Assembly: GCA_950097015.1 (NCBI GenBank)
Contig: CATNEN010000035.1
Span: 62,001 to 126,000, forward strand
Source: Macrostomum hystrix
Taxonomy: Eukaryota > Animalia > Platyhelminthes
Direction of reading: 5' to 3'
DNA length: 64,000 nucleotides
The translations under genes and the position numbers were made by a program. Positions within the stretch are counted from its first letter, which is position 1. Each line of letters opens with the position of its first letter. This document shows, in pieces, positions 56,801 to 64,000 of this stretch. The notes under the pieces are model-generated. The model made no database searches, had not been told where the DNA came from, and worked only from the letters and a program-made list of their open reading frames with translations.

Positions 56801-59717
56801 CGAGCTAGCTTCTGGCTTCTAGCCTCTAGCCTCTAGCTTCTAGCTTCTAGCTTCTAGCTTCTAGCTTCTTACTTCTAGCTTCTAGCTTCTAGCTTCTAGC
56901 TTCTAGCTTCTAGCTTCTAGCTTCTAGCTTCTTACTTCTAGCTTCTAGCTTCTAGCTTCTAGCTTCTTACTTCTAGCTTCTAGCTTCTAGCTTCTAGCTT
57001 CTAGCTTCTAGCTTCTAGCTTCTAGCTTCTAGCTTCTTACTTCTAGCTTCTACGAGCTAGCTTCTTACTTCTAGCTTCTAGCTTCTAGCTTCTAGCTTCT
57101 TACTTCTAGCTTCTAGCTTCTAGCTTCTTACTTCTAGCTTCTAGCTTCTAGCTTCTTACTTCTAGCTTCTAGCTTCTAGCTTCTAGCTTCTTACTTCTAG
57201 CTTCTACGAGCTAGCTTCTTACTTCTAGCTTCTAGCTTCTACGAGCTAGCTTCTGGCTTCTAGCCTCTAGCCTCTAGCTTCTAGCTTCTAGCTTCTAGCT
57301 TTCAGCTTCTAGCCTCTAGCTTCTAGCTTTCAGCTTCTAGCTTCTAGCTTCTAGCTTCTAGCTTCTAGCCTCTAGCTTCTAGCTTTCAGCTTCTAGCTTC
57401 TAGCTTCTAGCTTCTAGCTTCTAGCCTCTAGCTTCTAGCTTTCAGCTTCTAGCTTCTAGCTTCTTACTTCTAGCTTCTAGCTTCTAGCTTCTAGCTTCTT
57501 ACTTCTAGCTTCTACGAGCTAGCTTCTTACTTCTAGCTTCTAGCTTCTACGAGCTAGCTTCTGGCTTCTAGCCTCTAGCCTCTAGCTTCTAGCTTCTAGC
57601 TTCTAGCTTCTAGCTTCTTACTTCTAGCTTCTAGCTTCTAGCTTCTTACTTCTAGCTTCTAGCTTCTAGCTTCTAGCTTCTTACTTCTAGCTTCTAGCTT
57701 CTAGCTTCTTACTTCTAGCTTCTAGCTTCTAGCTTCTAGCTTCTTACTTCTAGCTTCTACGAGCTAGCTTCTTACTTCTATGCTTCTAGCTTCTACGAGC
57801 TAGCTTCTGGCTTCTAGCCTCTAGCCTCTAGCTTCTAGCTTCTAGCTTCTAGCTTTCAGCTTCTAGCCTCTAGCTTCTAGCTTTCAGCTTCTAGCTTCTA
57901 GCTTCTAGCTTCTAGCTTCTAGCCTCTAGCTTCTAGCTTTCAGCTTCTAGCTTCTAGCTTCTAGCTTCTAGCTTCTAGCCTCTAGCTTCTAGCTTCTAGC
58001 TTCTAGCTTCTAGCCTCTAGCTTCTAGCTTTCAGCTTCTAGCTTCTAGCTTCTAGCTTCTGGCTTCTAGCCTCTAGCTTCTAGCTTTCAGCTTCTAGCTT
58101 CTAGCTTCTAGCTTCTAGCTTCTAGCCTCTAGCTTCTAGCTTTCAGCTTCTAGCTTCTAGCTTCTACGAGCTAGCTTCTAGCTTCTAGCTTCTAGCTTCT
58201 TACTTCTAGCTTCTACGAGCTAGCTTCTTACTTCTAGCTTCTAGCTTCTACGAGCTAGCTTCTGGCTTCTAGCCTCTAGCCTCTAGCTTCTAGCTTCTAG
58301 CTTCTAGCTTCTAGCTTCTTACTTCTAGCTTCTAGCTTCTAGCTTCTTACTTCTAGCTTCTAGCTTCTAGCTTCTAGCTTCTTACTTCTAGCTTCTAGCT
58401 TCTAGCTTCTAGCTTCTTACTTCTAGCTTCTAGCTTCTAGCTTCTAGCTTCTAGCTTCTAGCTTCTAGCTTCTAGCTTCTAGCTTCTTACTTCTAGCTTC
58501 TACGAGCTAGCTTCTTACTTCTAGCTTCTAGCTTCTAGCTTCTAGCTTCTTACTTCTAGCTTCTACGAGCTAGCTTCTAGCTTCTAGCTTCTAGCTTCTA
58601 GCTTCTTACTTCTAGCTTCTAGCTTCTAGCTTCTTACTTCTAGCTTCTAGCTTCTAGCTTCTAGCTTCTTACTTCTAGCTTCTACGAGCTAGCTTCTAGC
58701 TTCTAGCTTCTAGCTTCTAGCTTCTTACTTCTAGCTTCTAGCTTCTAGCTTCTAGCTTCTTACTTCTAGCTTCTGGCTTCTAGCCTCTAGCTTCTAGCTT
58801 TCAGCTTCTAGCCTCTAGCTTCTAGCTTCTAGCTTCTAGCTTCTAGCTTCTAGCTTCTAGCTTCTAGCCTCTAGCTTCTAGCTTCTAGCTTCTAGCTTCT
58901 AGCCTCTAGCTTCTAGCTTTAAGCTTCTAGCTTCTAGCTTCTAGCTTCTGGCTTCTAGCCTCTAGCTTCTAGCTTTCAGCTTCTAGCTTCTAGCTTCTAG
59001 CTTCTAGCTTCTAGCCTCTAGCTTCTAGCTTTCAGCTTCTAGCTTCTAGCTTCTTACTTCTAGCTTCTACGAGCTAGCTTCTTACTTCTAGCTTCTAGCT
59101 TCTACGAGCTAGCTTCTGGCTTCTAGCCTCTAGCCTCTAGCTTCTAGCTTCTAGCTTCTAGCTTCTAGCTTCTTACTTCTAGCTTCTAGCTTCTAGCTTC
59201 TTACTTCTAGCTTCTAGCTTCTAGCTTCTTACTTCTAGCTTCTAGCTTCTAGCTTCTAGCTTCTTACTTCTAGCTTCTAGCTTCTAGCTTCTAGCTTCTT
59301 ACTTCTAGCTTCTAGCTTCTAGCTTCTAGCTTCTAGCTTCTAGCTTCTAGCTTCTAGCTTCTAGCTTCTTACTTCTAGCTTCTACGAGCTAGCTTCTTAC
59401 TTCTAGCTTCTAGCTTCTAGCTTCTAGCTTCTTACTTCTAGCTTCTACGAGCTAGCTTCTAGCTTCTAGCTTCTAGCTTCTAGCTTCTTACTTCTAGCTT
59501 CTAGCTTCTAGCTTCTTACTTCTAGCTTCTAGCTTCTAGCTTCTAGCTTCTTACTTCTAGCTTCTACGAGCTAGCTTCTAGCTTCTAGCTTCTAGCTTCT
59601 AACTTCTAGCTTCTAGCTTCTAGCTTCTAGCTTCTAGCTTCTAGCTTCTAGCTTCTAGCTTCTAGCTTCTAGCCTCTAGCTTCTAGCCTCTAGCCTCTAG
59701 CCTCTAGCTTTCAGCTT
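47896..59717. repeat. 11.8-kb heptamer satellite (TTCTAGC)n with variant units and higher-order structure
   Basis: Variants TTCTTAC, TTCTACGAGCTAGC, CTCTAGC, TTCTGGC and TTTCAGC. Confidence 0.99.
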
Positions 59718-60174
59718 CAATGTAGTGGCAATTTAAGCCAGCAAATTTGACGAATATGTTTATAATTGAATTCGTGACAAATTATGCTTTGACGATGTTG
59801 CTTAAAATGAGAAATCTCTTTTTAAAAAAAAATTAATTACAAAACTTAACGTGCCCCATCCTGCTGTTTTATCATAAGCCTGCATTGACCAAATTAAAAT
59901 TCTTTGTAATATAAATTTATTGAATTTTAACGACACATTTTTATTGCCTTTGATTGACACATTTAAAAAAAAATAATTAAGACGCAGTAGTTTTAATATT
60001 GACAATTTGTTTTTAGACTTTGCAAAAACTAACCTCGAAAAAACTGTTGAATAAAGGTGTTAGATTGTGGGATTTACAATTTTCCTAGAAGGTAGGTTAT
60101 AGCTACTATGAGTAGATGATATGCGGCGTCGCCACGGGCTCGCCTGGGATGCCTTTCGTATTGTGATGCTCACA

Positions 60175-60600
60175 AATACCTCACATTCTCATGCTTACAT
60201 TCGCCTCACATCCTCATGCTCACAATCATCTCACATTCTCATGCTTACATTCGCCTCACATCCTCATGCTTACATTCGCCTCACATCCTCATGCTCACAT
60301 TCGCCTCACATTCTCATGCTTACATTCGCCTCACATCCTCATGCTCACATTCGCCTCACATTCTCATGCTTACATTCGCCTCACATCCTCATGCTCACAT
60401 TCGCCTCACATTCTCATGCTCATATTCACCTCACATTCCCATGCTCACAATCATCTCCCATTCTTATGCTCACATTCACCTCACATCCTCATGCTCACAA
60501 TCATCTCACATCCTCATGCTCACATTCACCTCACATCCTCATGCTCACATTCACCTCACATCCTCATGCTCACATTCGCCTCACATTCTCATGCTCACTA
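60175..60600. repeat. About 25-bp minisatellite (tcacattctcatgcttacattcgcc)
   Basis: Direct reading. Confidence 0.9.
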
Positions 60601-61059
60601 TCACCTAGCAACACGATTGCTTGCATGGGAGACAAAACTTAACTGGCTGGAGCTCAACTGAAAAGATTTCTTGCTCGCCTGTTTTGAGTACACAACAGTG
60701 GGGCGAGTGTACGGGCGGTGTGTGTGTACACAGCCTTCCAGATCCAATGGTACCACTTAGTTTTTACCTCTTTCTCTTTCTCGCCCTGCCTCTTCGCCTC
60801 CTCCTTCGCTCCGGATGAGTTAAAAGCGATTGCTTGAGTTCCAATATTATTCGTCCCTACGAGTATTTCTTTCTTTAACAGGCAAGAAGGATTTTTCCAC
60901 GCTTTAAAGACCGCTTCGTATTGTGAGTGACATTTCATTGGTGCTTGCTAAGCAAAGCAAATTTTCTTTGACCAGTTTTTAGAAGTCAAAGTTAAAATTA
61001 AACTTTAGGATTAGTAAAGTCTCTTTTATTCTAGCCTCAGCCCTTTCGCGGCTTTAACT

Positions 61060-61863
61060 GGTGTGTGTCAGGCTGTAACTGCTGTGTGTCAGGCTGTAGC
61101 TGGTGTGTGTGTCAGGCTGTAGCTGGTGTGTGTGTCAGGCTGTAGCTGGTGTGTGTGTCAGGCTGTAGCTGGTGTGTGTGTCAGGCTGTAGCTGGTGTGT
61201 GTGTCAGGCTGTAGCTGGTGTGTGTGTCAGGCTGTAGCTGGTGTGTGTGTCAGGCTGTAGCTGGTGCGTGTGTTAGGCTGTATCTGGTGTGTGTTTCAGG
61301 CTGTAGCTGGTGTGTGTCAGGCTGTAGCTGGTGTGTGTGTCAGGCTGTAGCTGGTGTGTGTCAGGCTGTAGCTGGTGTGTGTGTCAGGCTGTATCTGGTG
61401 TGCGTCAGGCTGTAGCTGGTGTGTGTGTCAGGCTGTAACTGGTGTGTGTCAGGCTGTAGCTGGTGTGTGTGTCAGGCTGTAGCTGGTGTGTGTTTCAGGC
61501 TGTAGCTGGTGTGTGTCAGGCTGTAGCTGGTGTGTGTGTCAGGCTGTAGCTGGTGTGTGTCAGGCTGTAGCTGGTGTGTGTGTCAGGCTGTAACTGGTGT
61601 GTGTGTCAGGCTGTAACTGGTGTGTGTGTCAGGCTGTAGCTGGTGTGTGTGTCAGGCTGTAGCTGGTGTGTGTCAGGCTGTAGCTGGTGTGTGTCAGGCT
61701 GTATCTGGTGTGTGTGTCAGGCTGTAACTGGTGTGTGTGTCAGGCTGTAACTGGTGTGTGTGTCAGGCTGTAGCTGGTGTGTGTGTCAGGCTGTAGCTGG
61801 TGTGTGTGTCAGGCTGTAGCTGGTGTGTGTGTCAGGCTGTAGCTGGTGTGTGTCAGGCTGTAG
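61060..61863. repeat. 22-24-bp minisatellite (tgtgtgtcaggctgtagctggtg)
   Basis: Direct reading. Confidence 0.95.
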
Positions 61864-61904
61864 CTTGAGAGACTTCAGACTCCCAATCTCCAGGACGAGC
61901 ACTG

Positions 61905-62416
61905 ATGGCAGGAGGTTCGCAACGCGCCTACGTGCCAGCTTACACGGCCTCAGTGCCCGGACTGCGGCGACGCCTGCAGCAGAGGTCAACGACATCGTCT
62001 GTTCCACTTTCGCCGAAGGACCGACCAACAACGATTTCGAGTCCACCGACTAGGTCCTTGTCGGCGTTGTCCCTGTCGCAGCTGCTGAGTCAGGAAGCAA
62101 GAGCGGCGGCAGACTATGGTGCTAATATTCCTGACAGCCCAGTTGGCTACGAGCGCTATGTTCGAGAGAGAATGCTGCAGCACAAGCGAATGTCCGTGCG
62201 CCGGGCCCTGCTGTGGGATGCCGCAGCGGCTCCCGCGGTACCTTCGCGGCCATCAGCAGCGCCTGTCAACCGGCCAACCGATCGACTCTCGCCTCCGCCT
62301 CCACCTCCGAGGCGTCGGATGTTACATCGCGAAGTGTCACCGGCTGCGAAGGCACCATACGGTCAGCAGCTGAGATGTGAAATTTATCAGCAATGGTACA
62401 ATCGTGTTATTCCGTT

Positions 62417-62484
<68 letters not shown>

Positions 62485-62570
62485 TTAATAACCAATCTAG
62501 TAGAGGAACTTATTTCCATAATCGTCAAAAAGTTTTTGATGCAACCGAATGGAAAGAAACCCTGGTTTAA
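61905..62570 (+). CDS. Possible coding region of unknown low-complexity/polyQ protein
   Basis: 221-aa ATG ORF in a GC-rich island followed by AT-rich sequence; includes a (CAG)22 tract. No family recognised. It could be a terminal exon with a different start. Confidence 0.4.
62418..62483. repeat. (CAG)22 trinucleotide repeat
   Basis: Direct reading. Confidence 0.98.
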
Positions 62571-63519
62571 TTAACTTTTTTTCAGACGAATATTTACTTA
62601 ATATTATATTCACTCTTCTGTTATAAATATACTTTAACCATCTGAGGATCTTGTACAAATTAAAGAAAGTCATAATTTTTTTTTAATTTGTTCACTAGTG
62701 GCTAGTGTGTTTATTCAAAGAATGTAAACAGTTTTCAAAGGAACCGTTAGACAGTTGCCCAGTTGGCACGTCGAGGCCTCCAAATCACGTGACTAGCCCA
62801 CAGCCCTGGGAATGAGTCACCAGGGTTTAGTGGAATACTCCTATATTACTAGTGCGTAACACGATATAACCTACCTAAAAGCCACGAATAAAGCAAAGAT
62901 AAAGTAGACAGAAAAGCATTAGGTTGCTCTGACCCACACCTACCTGAAGGCTGTCTAATAAACAAATAAATTACTTTTAATAAAATCTGGCGAGAAAGTT
63001 AAGCTGTATAAGCGAGAAATGCAGAGACATTTACCGGAGTGTCAGGTGCAAATTGTCAGTTTGAGAGTTACTGACGTCAGATTTCCTACGTCCGACGGCC
63101 TTCACGGCTCCGATGCTATTGTGAGTTGTGCCATAGACTATTGATGATTGATTATCGACTACTTTTTTGCCTATAAGTGGTTTGAGCACAATGAGGGCAG
63201 GTGTTATAAATCATACAAATTATATATTATAATAATACAAACTTAATATCACAATAATTGAATACATGATAAACTTCATAGCACCCGGATCCAGACTATT
63301 CTGCGGCCTACGTTGAATTGGCCACCAATCAAGTCGGTCTGAAGGGCTGCGGCTCCGCTTTTACACTTGGCCGGGGCACAGAAGTCAGTGAGTGGAGTTA
63401 ATCGCTTTTTAACCAAACAAGGGAAGGCAAGTAAGTAGGTAGAACGCATAGAGTGATGACTTTAAGTTCGTGATAGGGTTATTTTGTTGGGGTTTAAAAA
63501 TGATGGGTGATTAAATGCA

Positions 63520-64000
63520 TCAGAGGACTGAGGTGGTTGTTTAGTTGGAGGATTGAGGTGGTTGGTTAGTAGGAGGACTGAGGTGGTTGGTTAGTAGGAG
63601 GACTGAGGTGGTTGGTTAGTAGGAGGACTGAGGTGGTTGTTTAGTTGGAGGATTGGGGTGGTTGGGGATTGAGGTGGTTGGAGGATTGAGGTGGTTGGAA
63701 GATTGAGTTGGTTAGAGGATTGAGGTGGTTAGAGGAGTGAGGTGGTTTGAGAAGTGAGGTGGTTGAAGGAGTGAGGTGGTTTGAGAAGTGAGGTGGTTGG
63801 AAGAGTGAGGTGGTTGGAGGAGTGAGGTGGTTGGAGGATTGATGTGTGTGGAGGAGTGAGGTGGTTGGAGGAGTGAGGTGGTTGGAGGAGTGAGGTGGTT
63901 GGAGGATTGATGTGTGTGGAGGAGTGAGGTGGTTGGAGGAGTGAGGTGGTTGGAGGAGTGAGGTGGTTGGAGGAGTTAGGTGGTTGGAGGAGTGAGGTGG
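63520..64000. repeat. 17-25-bp G-rich minisatellite (GGAGGAGTGAGGTGGTT)n, runs off window
   Basis: Direct reading. Confidence 0.9.

Overview
This window is eukaryotic (animal) genomic DNA with spliceosomal introns, GC/Ala-rich exons and about half of its length in micro/minisatellites. That composition resembles the flatworm Macrostomum, which is an inference only. Supported genes: (1) the intronless 3' part of a very large inducible GTPase (VLIG/GVIN1-URGCP family, + strand); (2) a 3-exon LHFPL tetraspan protein (+); (3) an intact 4-exon phospholipid scramblase with an unusual C-terminal Gln/Pro-rich tail (+); (4) an adjacent disrupted scramblase paralog (+); (5) a 15-exon, about 864-aa ankyrin plus 6-TM TRP channel (-) that I assembled by hand in continuous phase; and (6) an intronless class A GPCR (+). 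Weaker candidates are a cryptic GLTP-domain-like gene or pseudogene (-), a 92-aa single-pass membrane ORF and a polyQ ORF. Mobile DNA includes five copies of a tRNA-headed SINE, a second SINE with a (GATA)n tail and three MITE families. The most unusual observations are a putative 5.56-kb intron built only of 33-bp units that each carry a donor and an acceptor motif, a TRP gene in which most introns hold their own minisatellite, a hAT-like MITE carrying a dispersed 16-bp minisatellite, and an exact 14-nt HDV-ribozyme P3/L3 motif in the SINE 3' domain. All exon models and family calls come from manual reading and remembered motifs; no database search was run.
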